Assembly: GCA_001179505.1 (NCBI GenBank)
Contig: CDMY01000405.1
Coordinates: forward strand, 1 to 64,000
Direction of reading: 5' to 3'
DNA: 64,000 bases
DNA from: Vitrella brassicaformis CCMP3155
Lineage: Eukaryota; Protista; Chromerida
A program made the translations under genes and the position numbers. The notes under the pieces were generated by a model. It made no database searches. It was given only the letters and a program-made list of their open reading frames with translations, and was not told the origin of the DNA. How positions within the stretch are numbered: the first letter of the stretch is position 1; every line of letters begins with the position of its first letter. Below, piece after piece: positions 45,972 to 58,619 of the stretch.

Positions 45972-47509
45972 ATGATGAATGGAGAAGCAGCCGAGAGCGT
46001 TCCGGCTGTGAGTCACGATGCAGTGGTCATTGTGCTCGACAATCTCTTCAAGACTTACTTACTGGGCGTCGAGGGCGTGCCTGCGCTGCGAGGCGTCAGC
46101 CTCACCATCACCAAAGGGGAATTCGTCACGATACTTGGTAAGCTGGCACATACACAGATCAGGCGGTGCGCACTCACTCAGGGCCAATGTTTTTGTTGGT
46201 ATGCAGGCAAGTCTGGCGGAGGGAAGACGACCATGTGTAAGCGAAGCTTCCCTGATGCTGACTAAGATCCATCGATATCGCAGGGCTTTCTTTCGTTCGC
46301 TTGTCAATTTGCAGTGAACATCATCGGGACAATCGACAAACCGACCAAGGTGAGATGGAGTGAAGGTCTGTTGAGCGATATATATGATGCGCGCCGCCGT
46401 CCTGCTCTCTTGTTCTCAGGGCAGTTTGTGGCTGTGTGGCCATCGGATACACTCGCAGACGTTTGAAGACTTCCTCGCTGCTCTCAGACTCTCCCAAATA
46501 GGTGCGGCCCGCTGCAGATGAGGCAGGAAGAGATCACACATGGCCGGCTGGATTGTCGTTTGTCTGTTCACTGCGTGCAGGTTTTGTTTTTCAGACATTT
46601 AACCTGATATCGTCGCTCAGCGCCTTGGAGAATGTCTGCCTGCCCATGATGCTCTTGGTGAGGGGGAGAGGGCCCATATCGATGGATGGACGGATGATGG
46701 ATCGATCCCACCACGTTGCTTGCCTGCCTCTTGTGTCAATCAGGGCCGGCTGACATCTGATCAGATTCGTCAGCGTGCGGAGCGACTTCTCACTGAGGTA
46801 CGCCACATCACGTCACGTGGGTGAGATTCAACACTCGCGCATGGTGGCGTCCGTTGCCCTCGGTAGGTTGGTCTGGGCCACAGATTGAAGCACATGCCAA
46901 ATATGCTGTCGGGCGGAGAGCAACAGCGCGTCACCATTGCGAGGTGTGTTCGTGGCCTATTGATTGGTGTCGCTGCCCGTTGTGTCATTCCTTCGTGTGT
47001 GCAGGGCTCTTGCCAATGAGCCGTCGATCTTGTTGCTGGACGAGCCTACTGGAGATCTCGACAGCCACAGCTCGGACGTCATCATGCAAATGCTCTACAA
47101 CCTCAATCGAGACAAGAGCATCACCACGGTAGGTACCATCTACACCCACCCTTTGTGCCAAAAGCTCTTGTTTTTGGCTCTGCGTGCAGGTCATGGTGAC
47201 GCATGACGTGTCGCTCAAGAACTTCGGCTCAAGGGTGAGCTGCAGCGGTCGTATATGTGCAACGAAGGTATTGGTTGGCACTGTGTGCATCTAATCTAGG
47301 TGATCCACATGGTGGATGGAAAGATCCAGCGGGAGGAAAGGGTACCTGCCTACCAAAATGCATCATCACTCAGCAGGTCGTATGTGTCTGGCTGTGTTGC
47401 CTTTTTCGGTCAGATCGCTGACATTGATCGGATTGCCAAGTCCAGTGAAATCGCTCAGCGGCTTCACGGCGGCAGTGCGACATCGTATGGCATGCAGTGC
47501 AGTGAATGA
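45972..47509 (+). CDS. Stand-alone ABC ATPase of the LolD/MacB/FtsE type (no transmembrane domain), ~11 exons
   Basis: [19 protein letters not shown]|KSGGGKTT (Walker A), [37 protein letters not shown] (signature), [12 protein letters not shown] (Walker B), VMVTHD (H-loop). Confidence 0.93.
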
Positions 47510-47943
47510 GGAGAGAATTCCGAGACTGCATCTTGCGATTCTCATCGGTTTGGTGTTGTGTGATTGTGCAGAGACGTAGATGCGACTAGTCGCCCTCCAG
47601 CCCCGATAGAAACCTTCTCCACGACCCGAACGCTCGACGACTATGACGCTCTGGGTACCAGAAGACTCCCTTGTGATCCAATCAGAGGTGCACATGGGCG
47701 CTTTGTTGTGTGCAGCGGAATGCATGGCGTAGATCAGAAAGCCGTCGAGGGAGTTGCAGAGCCTTAGATAGTTGCATCAAGGCTGTGTTTGTTAGTGAGG
47801 ACCAAACTGGCATGTTGTTGTTGATAGACTGCTAAACATTCATTCACGATATCTGCTATCGCTTCGTCTTCAAGCTCGAGATGAGGACACTGGGGGCAGC
47901 CCCCAGCAACGCATGCATGCAACGAAAAGGTCAGGCAGGCAAG

Positions 47944-50900
47944 ATGGGTGCTTTCTGTGGCCGTTTCAAGGAAGAGTATCAGTCCACCGTGGGCTCGGAG
48001 TATGGAGAGGACGCGCAGACCCTCACTTCCACAGCGGGTTCGAGATCCTTCATCGGCAATGCAGTCAAGAAGAAGGCAGGAGGAATGGCAAGGAAGGCAT
48101 CAGCGGGGCAGCTGGATGACGAGGTGATGGAGGAGCGAAGGCGGCAGCTGCAGGCCAGTGCTGGCGGGGGAGGCTTCCCGATTGTGCTCGCACTGGCGCC
48201 ATGGCTCGTGCCGAGCAGGAAAGGTACGGCGAGAACAGGAAAGATACGGCAGAACAGGAGAACAACCACGGGTGATTGGCCCTCTGTCCTTTCGCCTCTC
48301 TTCAGATTTGCCCAATCGCGGTGAACAGGATGTCTTGGAGTTTGTTGCTCAGCACAACCGGTTTTCGAAGGTGGGGGATTCCTGGCCGGCCATGAGGACA
48401 AAGGCCTCCTGTGTATGGTGTGCTATCCCCTTTCAGACCAGCCTGGCAGACATCCACAAGCTTGACAAGGTGCAAGACCGCATGAAGGGCCTCATTGCTC
48501 GTTTGTGTCTGTTCTGTTTCTCATTCTTCAGAGTCTGTACAGCGTCGAGATGGTGTCCTGCCACCTCACCGAATTCCCTCCAGTAAGGCAGGGACCAGTC
48601 ATGTAAGCTGCACAGGCACATCGGCTCATCTCGTGTGTGTATGCAGCAAATCGAGGACTGCAGCTTGCTCTTCAAGATCCGGTTTTCACACAACCACATC
48701 ATCAGCATACCCCAGAAGGCAAGTCACACAGACACTCATCACTGGATTCATAGGAGTATCTGTGCATGTCTCGCTTGACTCATTCGCGCAGATCGGTGAC
48801 CTGGCCCTGCTGACTGACTTGGTCCTTGGTAAGACAACACCAATGGCGTATCTGTGCATGCATTGCAATGGCGGAGTCTGCTCTTGTGCTGGTTGATGTG
48901 TGCCAGATTGGAATGACATCCGCAACCTCGACCAGGGCATCTTCGAAAAGGACGCCTTCAATGGCCTCAAGAGGCTGCAGCTCGACCACAACAGACTGGT
49001 GACCGGCAGAAAGACACACGATCCATCGTCCACATCAGCCAGCCAGTCGTCGTGTCTCGGCCGCTCACACACAGATGAGTCTTCCGACCGATTTCGGCAT
49101 CGGCTTGACCAGCTTGACGTATCTCGACCTCTCCAACAACCGGCTGCAGTCACTCCCAGAGAGCATCCTCCATATAAAGACCCTCAAGTAAATTGCCATC
49201 AAGAGAGGGGCGAGGGGCGTGCGTGCTGGTGTGTATGTCCAGGCACTTTGCCGCGGACCACAATCTGCTGCAGCGTCTGCCAGATGATTGGGGCCTGTTG
49301 ACAAGTCTCGAGAAGCTCTTCGTGTCCTTCAATGAACTCACCACCCTCCCACCAACCATCGGGGTATATGAATGAGCTGCACCTGCGACTCCCAAAGATG
49401 ACGCTTGTTCGTCTTGTCGTGACTGCAGAGCTGCACTAACCTGATCAAGATCCGAATCATCTCCAACCAAATCAGGTGAGTACAAGCAACAAATACAGCG
49501 GCTTTATGCATGGCGTTTCTTCTTATGCCATGGAGTTCAGGTCCCTGCCCATGTCGATCCTGCAATTGTGGCAGGCGAGGGGCGGGGGCAAGCTCCAGGA
49601 GCTGCTGGTGGAGGGCAACCCGATGACCTGTCCACCTATCACCGCGTTCGACTGGTCCCTGGACAATGCGTTCAAGCTCTTTGAAGAACAGACGCACGCG
49701 CAAAGGAGGGGAAGCCTGTCATCGGCGCCGTCGATGTCAGAGGTGACAACGATACACGCCTTGGGAGAGGTCTTGTTGAATGCGTGGGTGGGTGGGTATG
49801 TACATGTCTTGTACCTGTCGTATGCTTCTGTGAGGGATGAAGATTCAAAGGACCAGGACGAGTCTTGTGAAGCGCTCCATTCCTGAGGACTCTGCGCAGG
49901 CAAGTGGAGTCTGCCTGAGTGACTTGAGTGACTTCTGTGTCCCCTCTGTTGCCTCTCTCGGACAGAGGAAGCCCCTTGAGCGACAGCAAACACACAGTGA
50001 GCCACTGTCTCATATAGATTCGCATGGATGCCCGCCTCTCCTTACAGCCTGCCCGTGCTTGTGTGTCAGTCGAGTTGAATGAGCAGGGGATGGAGATCGT
50101 GAGACACTCCGACGGCAGGGGACAGGTCGTGCAGTCGGAAGAGGCGCTGCTATCACAAAATGGTCAGTCAGGAAGCCAATGAAAAGGCAGCTGACTGTCC
50201 GCAATCCTTGTCTCTCTTGCGCCTTTCTTGTGTACTGTTCTCTTGCCTGAGCAGCGCCTATCAAGAAGAGGCCCCTCGGCACATTCATCGGTAGACACAT
50301 ATTGTGTGTGTAAAACCAATGTCGATACGACAGCTCCTGTCCTGCACACCTTGTGTATCTCTGCTGCAGAGACATCAGCCGTTGTGGACTTCGCGGCAAC
50401 CGATCCAGCCGTGCCTCCCTCACGAGGAAGGAAGCAGACCCGTCTCGTCACCTCGTCCGCCGCTGCCCCACACCAGCACACATCTGCAGCTCAGCTGCGC
50501 TTATCGCTGGCTGATGACGTGCCTGAGGGAGACGCGGAGCTCGACATGCTGAGCCCTACGGCGGAGGAGAGGGTGGCGAGGGTGTCGTCCGCATACTATT
50601 TCAGTGATTTGTCTGAAGAACAGGTAGGCAGGTGGCCACTAGGCGCGGATGAAGGTGTTGGAGCGATGGATGGATGCAGCGTGCGGAGCTGCGGAGCACG
50701 GAGACGTCAATACTCATCGCGAAGAAGGAGAAACACCTGCGCAGCCTTGAATCGATCGTAGGCGCTCTCTTTCATGGGGCCCTCACATTCATCTGTCGGC
50801 AAACCTTTGTCTGTTCCTTCTGCAGACCAAGACCGTGGCCCCATCAGCGGCTCAACAAGACAAATCTGGGTCGGTGCACCACTGGCGCGGGGCTGTATAC

Positions 50901-53900
50901 GGGAGAAGACACATACTCCTTTGGCTCCCATCTCATGAACAGGGAGAGTGGTGGTGTTATGGGCATGCTAGGACAAGGAGTGAGTGCCTCCTGTACTAGT
51001 CAGTCATGTGGAAGTCGCATTCATGTGAGCGTGCATGCAGCTCAAGGCTGTCAAGGATGCAGTGATGGGAACTGGCGATGAAGAACTGGACAAAAGAAGA
51101 AAGAATCTCGTCTCAGGTGCGCTAAAAAAAGGCATGCATCAGAATGGCTCCATGTCCTTTTGTTTGGTCCATTGAAGAGGTGATCGAGCCGATGACCCTC
51201 GACCTTTGCTTCTGCTGCCTCGTCTACTGCACCAAGCGAAAGGCACGCACGTGAGACGAAAAGGCGCAGGCTGCCACAAAGTGAGGGCGCCTCGAGAAAT
51301 GGGTCTCTGTGTGCACATCCTACAGGTGTAAAAAGCTGTATCAACAGTACATGGTCAGCGTATCAACCGGCCGCGAGAAGCGATCCAAGAAGGATGCGGC
51401 CGGGTGGACGAGAGCGGTGGGATAGCATGACACGAGACACATGAGTGGGGGATGCTGGTCCTCTCTCCTTGACATCAGCATTGGCACGAGTTTGTGCTCC
51501 AATCGGGTCTTCGATTCACATCAGAGATCGAAGACACCCTGTTCGAAAGTAAGTCATTCAGACGCAGGAGCACTCCACCTCATCTCTGCTTGTCTTCCCG
51601 CATGCAGTCATGTCCGTGCGGACACATGGCAAGGGCGACTACATCCCTGAGATCGGTACACACACACACAGCGGCAGCACGCTCAGCCGCACAAGCTCTC
51701 GCCCGTTGTCAGATTTCATGGCGACATGGCATGCCCACGACTTGGAGAGCAAAGATCCATTCATCAAGCGCATGTGCCACACGTACAAGATGGAGTACTA
51801 CTCATTAACGACCGAGGAGATGCTTCAGCGAGTCACCAACATCGACCAGGGCTGCAGCGCATTCGACGAGCGGCTCGTCACTCGCGAACAGCAGGACGGC
51901 GATGTCACGAACAACACCCTCCCAGACACCATTATTGGGGAAAGAAGGAGCCACTTCCGGATGTATTACCGAGACAAGCCTGGCAAGGCCAGCCATCGGA
52001 CACACGCACTCGAGGCGGCCCTCAAGCGCGAGAGAGACACCCCGACAAAGGCGGAAGCGATCAAGCAACAGGAAGCGGCATCACCGGAGGACGGTGTCGA
52101 GGCAGGCAAGGTGGGTGGACAGGACGGTGCTGGTCGTGAAACGGCCGTGGCGAGTCTCGTGTCGCTGACAGACGAAGAGCTGACGGTCTGGAAAGGTCAG
52201 GTGATGTGGACGGGGTCTGCAGACAAGCAGTCCATCTGGTGTGTGTGCCCATGAACGTATCCACGCAGCGTTGCGCGAGCGGGATGAGAGCTGTGCAGAC
52301 GAGGGAGACACCGCCGAGGCGGTGCGGCTGGAGTTCTCGGAACCCTCAATCCCGTCAGACGACCTGTCCCTCGACGCACAAGAATTCATGGTGAATAAAG
52401 GCAACTCAGGGTAGGAGACGCACACATTGCTTGTGTGCCTCCAGTGCTCCACACATCGCTCGCGTGACTCCCCTCCCTCCAGCATCCAGCCAACCCCACG
52501 GTCGACATCGATGGCCTCGGGCAGACGAGCCACCGCCGCCAACGGCACGCAGCGCATCGGGCTCACGACCAAACACTCATTCGTCGTCTCGGGCACAGCC
52601 AAGGACAGTCTAGCCGCCAAGTCTGATGACGATGTGGGCGCGGGTGTTGGTGTGAATGGTGGCGTGTCGGGTAGCTTGTTTGCCGGTGTTGACTTCGATA
52701 AGCTCATGACGGAGCCGCTGGATTGGGAGACGACGGGAACCGAAGCAGGGACGGGGAGAAGATCGAGTGAGAAGGACAAACACAGAGAGAGAGGCACTCG
52801 TCTTTGTTGAATTTCGTTTGATATCCCGTGTGCTTTGTCGTCCGTCTGTCTGCAGCGCGGAGAATCAAAGAGCGGACTCCAAACATTATCCTTCCGGAGA
52901 CCATGAACTCGCCAAAGACACACACAGGTATCACACCCATACCGAAAGCGCCAAAGCATGACTTCTCTCTCTTCTTCCCAGCAGCCTTTGGTGAGCTCGA
53001 CCAGGACGTTGCTCTGCATCCCGCCTTGCGCGACAACGAGCGGCAGCGTCAGAGCCGACGTACAAAGGCTGTCGGCCGACTCGCATCAGGATTCAGGGAC
53101 AGCCGATTCCTCACCAACACTCTCGAGGTCCGGCGACAGCTGCGGGCGGTGTATCGGTCAATGCCATTCGAGGAGTTCCAGCGGCTGATAGTGTTTCTGC
53201 TGCGTAGTCTGCGACACATCAAGTCTTACCAACCAGCTGTGTCCATCCATTTCCTGCAAGTGGACGACCCCGTGTTCAAGGTGGGCAGCTGGCTTTCCTT
53301 TGCAGGCTTGTGTGTGTGACTTTCTGGATGGATGTCTCGGTGCAGGCTGCGTGTGGTGACACTTCGGTGCCGTCTCCGACCACAGTTCTGCTTCAAAAGA
53401 TGGGATTCGTCTTTGTGCTCGATCGGTTCTGGGTATGTACACAAGCAAACCACTTACTGACCCTGTGGAGGCACGTCTGTCTGTCTGTCTGTCTGTCTGT
53501 CAAAGATATGGCCGGCCGTGCATGCTCCCTACGTATGCGGCCTCCCCTGCAGCTCGTCCCAAGCTGACGCAGAGACCTCGCGAATGGCTGCCTCCCAAGC
53601 AGCCGCCCTCCCACGCACCAAGAAGAGCCTGACAGCGACAAAAGAGTCCAGCCCCTCCCCCCGACCCTCCCTCTTGGCCAACCCCTGGGCGGCCCTGTCG
53701 AGTCTGGCCATGAGTGTTGGCAAGATGACGTCAAGCGCTGGCAGCATTCCTCCTCCAATCAGCCCCAAGACGCCATCGCCGCGAGCCAAAGCTGCTCGCG
53801 AGGCGACGCCCCGGTCACAGGCTGCGTCGACGCTGAGCGACCCTGGAAACAGCTGGCTGCACAAGGTGCCAATGATGCAATGTCCGACCAGCGGAGAGGT

Positions 53901-54135
53901 TGCAGGGGGCAATCACATGATGTGTGTTGCTGTATCTGTCAGATGGTCCCTGCCGACTGTCCTGGTCGCCATCGTGCGCGTCTCGATGACCTCATGCAGC
54001 TCATACATTTGTATCAGGTGAGGATCCTTGCTGATGTGGTCAAGTCTTCTCCTGTGCGTCACGTGATGTGCGGTGGTGTCTCAGGCGAAGATGAAGCAGA
54101 TGGGTGACAGGTTTAGAGGCGACTGCGATCTGTAA
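47944..54135 (+). CDS. Large leucine-rich repeat protein with MGAFCG N-terminus; long unannotated C-terminal half (may be two genes)
   Basis: LRR consensus: LKRLQLDHNRL, LTYLDLSNNRLQSLP, LEKLFVSFNELTTLP, LQELLVEGNPM. Many short GT-AG exons continue to a plausible stop at 54133-54135. Confidence 0.75.
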
Positions 54136-55058
54136 GTAACTAAGGTTTGACTGTCGATGTGTAGAAATGACACGGACATCCCCTCGGCGATAGAGTGCAT
54201 AAAGTGACTGACACATTTGCGTGTGTGTGCCTGTGTACCTGCACAACGTTCACCAAGCATAAATTTATCAAATAGCAGAACCCGATAAACGTCTCAATAC
54301 ATAATCAACCATTCACCCACACCTTGACATGGGTACGAGCAGGCAGGCAGGCATGTCAGCAGCAAGCATCCACAAATGAAGCGAGTCAGTCCACTCGCCC
54401 CCTCTCGACTCGAGAAATTTGTTCACTACGAAGAGCGGCGGAATGCCTATCTATCTATCTGTCTGTCAATAGACCCAAGGCTAGAGGAGAGCCCCACATT
54501 CTTTCACACACGCACACACATCACACCAGTTGCGATAGTCTGCAGCTGGTGGTCCTCATGAAACGAGAAAAATACTTAGTTGGGAACCGAGAGAGCGAGA
54601 GACTCAAACAAGAGAGGTAGAGAATAGGTATCACACATCAACACTCACCACGGCGCCATCCTTAAGAGGGCCGTTTTTAGATATCACACCCCCACGCACA
54701 CGCACACACCCACGCACAGATACACATACATGAACAGGACATTAGATGCACACACGTGTCGGTACAAGGAGTGGCGCAACGGCCCACAGCAAACACCCAC
54801 ATCGGGTCTCAGACCATGCTCACCCCCTCCCCACCCACCCACCCACCCACACGAACGAACTCAGGCCCCTACGCAGAAAAGCCTGCATGCCGGTTGGCAT
54901 TTCCCTCCCACCTTTGCGCTCACAAACAAATTCTCCAAGAAATGATACACACATCCTGAATACACACAGCCCATCGGGACGGTTGACATACGGCTGTCTG
55001 TCTTTTGCTGTGCCTACCTTCTCTCGCAGCCTTTTGCTGCCGATGCGTGTGCAGGCAA

Positions 55059-55699
55059 TCAGAAGGGGCGGCTCCGGCCAGGTAGTGACGGGCCCGGGAC
55101 ACCGCTGCCTGGCAAGCGAGACCCTCCTCCTCGCTGGCGCGGTCCAGCACCGCTTCCCCGGCCCCCGCAAGTCGAGAACGGCGGGCAGGGACGCAGGCCG
55201 CTGGGGAACAGTCGGCGCTCCGGCTCGACCGATTTGTCATCCTTTTCGCCCTCCTTTTTCTCATCACATGTCTGAAAGGGTGGGCACGGTCTGCTCGGCA
55301 AGGCTTGCGCATCGGCCTGACCCTGACCCTCGTCGTCCAGCTGTCGTCGTACGTTGGCGGCGGCGGAATCACTGGGCTGGAGGCGGCGGAAGCTGCTGTG
55401 GTCGGATGGTGCAGACGAGGCCACCTTGGCATCGTCCAAGCAGTCACACAGCACACCGTAGTAGGGGTCAGCGCAGCCAACCTGCGAATAGCATAGCAGA
55501 GAGAGGCGTACGGCATCAAGAGAGTACAGACACAGACAGGGACACGTAGCGCTTGGTTGCTGCTGACCTGGCTGCACCATTTGTGGGTCACTTTCTTGTC
55601 AATGCTGGCGCACGTACACTCGCGTGCCGGCCCGATGCACACAACGGCAAGGGGGAGGAGGGCCGCAGCAAGGAAGCTCACAGAGAGGAAGGGCGTCAT
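55059..55699 (-). CDS. Small secreted Cys-rich protein (184 aa, 2 exons: 55699-55568 and 55481-55059)
   Basis: Signal-like MTPFLSVSFLAAALLPLAVVC. A phase-0 cag|gtcagc..cgcag| intron joins CTCASIDKKVTHKWCSQ to VGCADPYYGVLCDC. Two RPCPPFxTC repeats. Confidence 0.7.
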
Positions 55700-55851
55700 C
55701 TGGCGTCGTTGACACTCTTTTTCAGCACGTCGCTGTCGACTTGAGTGGTGACTTGGGGAGAGATGTATCACGAGATCGGGGAGGGATCCGTATCTAGGGT
55801 TTACAACGGCAGGGTTGCGCGCCAAACTTGTTTCGCTGCTGAGACGCCCCG

Positions 55852-57896
55852 ATGCAGTCACGAAAGAAGACATCCAAGAAGCGCCTCCCCACCCTCCCCC
55901 GCTGCCCCAGCAGCCCCACACAATCATCGTCTCAGCTGCCCCTTCCTTCTCAGACGTCGGTTTCCAGCAAGAGAGGTCAACGAGTGACGGTCAGCCTGCG
56001 CCGGCCACTGGCAGAGGGGGAACAGACGACATCCATCCCTTTGCCGCGAAAGACGTCAGATGCCATTCAGTTGCTTGACAGCCATTCTGAGGACTCCCCC
56101 ACCTCTCTCGCCGCCCGCTTCAAGAAAGCAGCTCATGACGAAAGGGAGCCGGCCGCTGAGGAGTCACCTCTCGGGGCGGGGGCGGACGCAGCCAGATCTG
56201 TTGTTGTGGGCATTGTCCCTCCGCTGGATGCAGTCCTACATCGGCCTGTGCATCCAGAGGGGCTGCAGAAGAGTGAGAGCATCGGCAATCTCAGCGTGTG
56301 CAGCGGCCGTAGCCGCTTCGAGAGGCCCGATGACAAGATGACGAGATCTTTCACTGCCCAGTCGTCCATCGATGAGTTGTTCGAGGCAGCGGACCGGCAC
56401 TTGGTTCTGAATCAGCGGCCGTCTGCCTTTGGGGCCTACTCGCTGCACCAACTGGAGGCGATATGCACATCCGTCGACACCAAGGTGAGGGGAGGCAGGC
56501 CTGGACCATTCACCACGTGATCTGACTCTGCTGTTGTATTTGGCAGGTGCGCGATGCCGTTGAGAAGAAGAAAACTGATCCTGACACTCACTCGCCCTAC
56601 CTGAGACGCCTCAACACAGAGCCTTCGAAGGCAATCGAAGTCACCGGTGAGTCCCGCTCCCTCTCGCCCCAATACGATGAGACGTCAGCCATGGAGGAAC
56701 AACCGCCACACATCGGTCCTCCAGTGCCATTGCCCATCGATCACACGGAGGACCTCGGCGACGATTCGATGGACGAGGACTATTGGGCGGATCACGACCA
56801 TGAGGATGTGTGTGAGGGCTGCCAGGCCTTCATCGGTGAGATGCAGGCCATACAGGAGCAGATTGAGGAGAAGGAATCTCTGGCAGACGAAGAGAGCAGG
56901 AGGTAGTCTGTGAGACAGCGGCACACGGGAAGGCAGAGCAGAGTGAAGAGGGACTGTGTGTGCTGCGGGTCAGTTTAATTGAGGAGCTTCAGGAGAGAGT
57001 TGCGGCCCGCACGGCCCACGAGGTGACGTGTCACGATTTGAGAACTCACCAGCTTGAGCTGCGAATGCAGAAAGAGCAGCACATCCTTAACGTACACCGA
57101 CCGCATACCCACACGGACGTCCCAACATCTCATAAATATGTCTCTGTCTGGGCAGGAGCTGGTGGCAGAGCTGAGGACACGGCAGAAGAGAGTCGACCGC
57201 CTCTCCCGGCAGCTCATCCAGAACCACAAGAGCACCACTGTCCTCCATCGCTACATCGCAAACCTGCCCCCATCCCTCAGTCCATCGGCCCTCTCACACC
57301 CCATCGGCATTACCCCTGCGTCAACCTCCCCATCAGCCCACTCCAGTCGTTCAGCCGTCAAGACCATGTCTCGCCGCCGATCTGTGCCCACGCTGCGTCT
57401 CCCATTCGCCGACTTCCAGTCTGCCGACGCCGCAACTGCAACTGATCCAGAGGTCAATCGACAGGGCAAAGACGCTGCCACCGTTGCGGAGAGGTTCCGC
57501 CTGTTGTTTGCGGCGAGCGTCGAGGAGGACAACACGGATCTGCCCACTGCCAGACGGATCAGCCGCGACCAGCAGGAGGACGGGGGCCGGCAGGACAGTG
57601 GGATCACGGATCAGTTTGAGATGGTGGGTATGTCGGAGCGGTCTTCACAGGTGACGGACTCGTTTCTCCTGCGCCAGGAGGCGGTCCACGTCAGCATGGG
57701 CGGTGCTCCACAGTCGTCGTCGAGCATTCGTACGTGGACGGGGTTCTTCAGCTCAGCCAGCAAGGGAGCGGTGGGCCGGTTCCCCTTGGTGGCGCCTCCC
57801 TGGCATCTGGCGGACCATTGCGAGCGGTGTGGCAAAAACTTCACCATGCTCTTCAGACGACACCACTGCAGGTACTGACATAGAAGTGAGCTGAAA

Positions 57897-57930
<34 letters not shown>

Positions 57931-58329
57931 TGTGTGCTGCTGCTGCAACTATCGTGTCTCTTGCATTTGTGTTGCATGGCATGCAGGCATTGCGGCTTCT
58001 CCGTCTGTGGGGGCTGCGGATGTTACAGCCTCCCAGTGCCCAAATTCGGCTACCTCAGAGCCGTCCGGGTATGCGTGGTGTGCTTCGAATCATTCCAGCA
58101 GAACTGGCGTGTCACGCCCCTCCTGCGCCCTGTGCCGAGCCTGACAACATCCACTCACACAGACGTCCCCGCCCTGTCGGTGAGTGGGGCGCAGCCTCAG
58201 CACTCACTGACAGACCGCCATTGGGGCAGACGGGCGCTGAAGGAGGATGTCGACAGCGTGACAGGGAGTCAGGGAAAGGCATTCGGCCATGGCCATGGTG
58301 GTGTGTTGACGAAGGACGTGGCTGCCTGA
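55852..58329 (+). CDS. FYVE zinc-finger protein with central coiled coil and disordered N-terminus
   Basis: PWHLADHCERCGKNFTMLFRRHHCR|HCGFSVCGGC..PVPKFGYLRAVRVCVVCF; coiled coil LIEELQERV..ELVAELRTRQKRVDRLSRQL. Confidence 0.9.
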
Positions 58330-58619
58330 CTGAGACAGAAACGATGAGACGTCGGTGTTTTTCCCTGTTTTCAGCGAGAGCTGCATGTTCTGGACGCTTT
58401 GCGGCATCGCGATGGCCTTGCACATTCATGCATGTTCTGTCGGTTTGAGACTGACATCCTTCCTCGAGTGATGCCTGATGGCTTCTTTGAACAATAAGAG
58501 ATACTTCGCGACACAAAGGAAAACTGACGGACAGAAGGACAGAGGACACACGCACGCTCGCCCTTGCCCGGCGATTGATGCGTTCTTCCTGTGTTAAGTC
58601 ATGGCTGATAGGTTTCAAT

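Noticed and set aside
55763-55830. Kinase glycine-loop-like YHEIGEGSVSRVYNGR upstream of the FYVE gene
   Set aside because: No VAVK lysine or later subdomains follow, the frame stops at 55987, and it is out of frame with the FYVE ORF.
18010-58329. A functional secretory-pathway gene cluster (C2-PH, mannosidase, V-ATPase c, ABC, FYVE)
   Set aside because: These genes are interspersed with unrelated housekeeping genes, and such categories are common enough to co-occur by chance.
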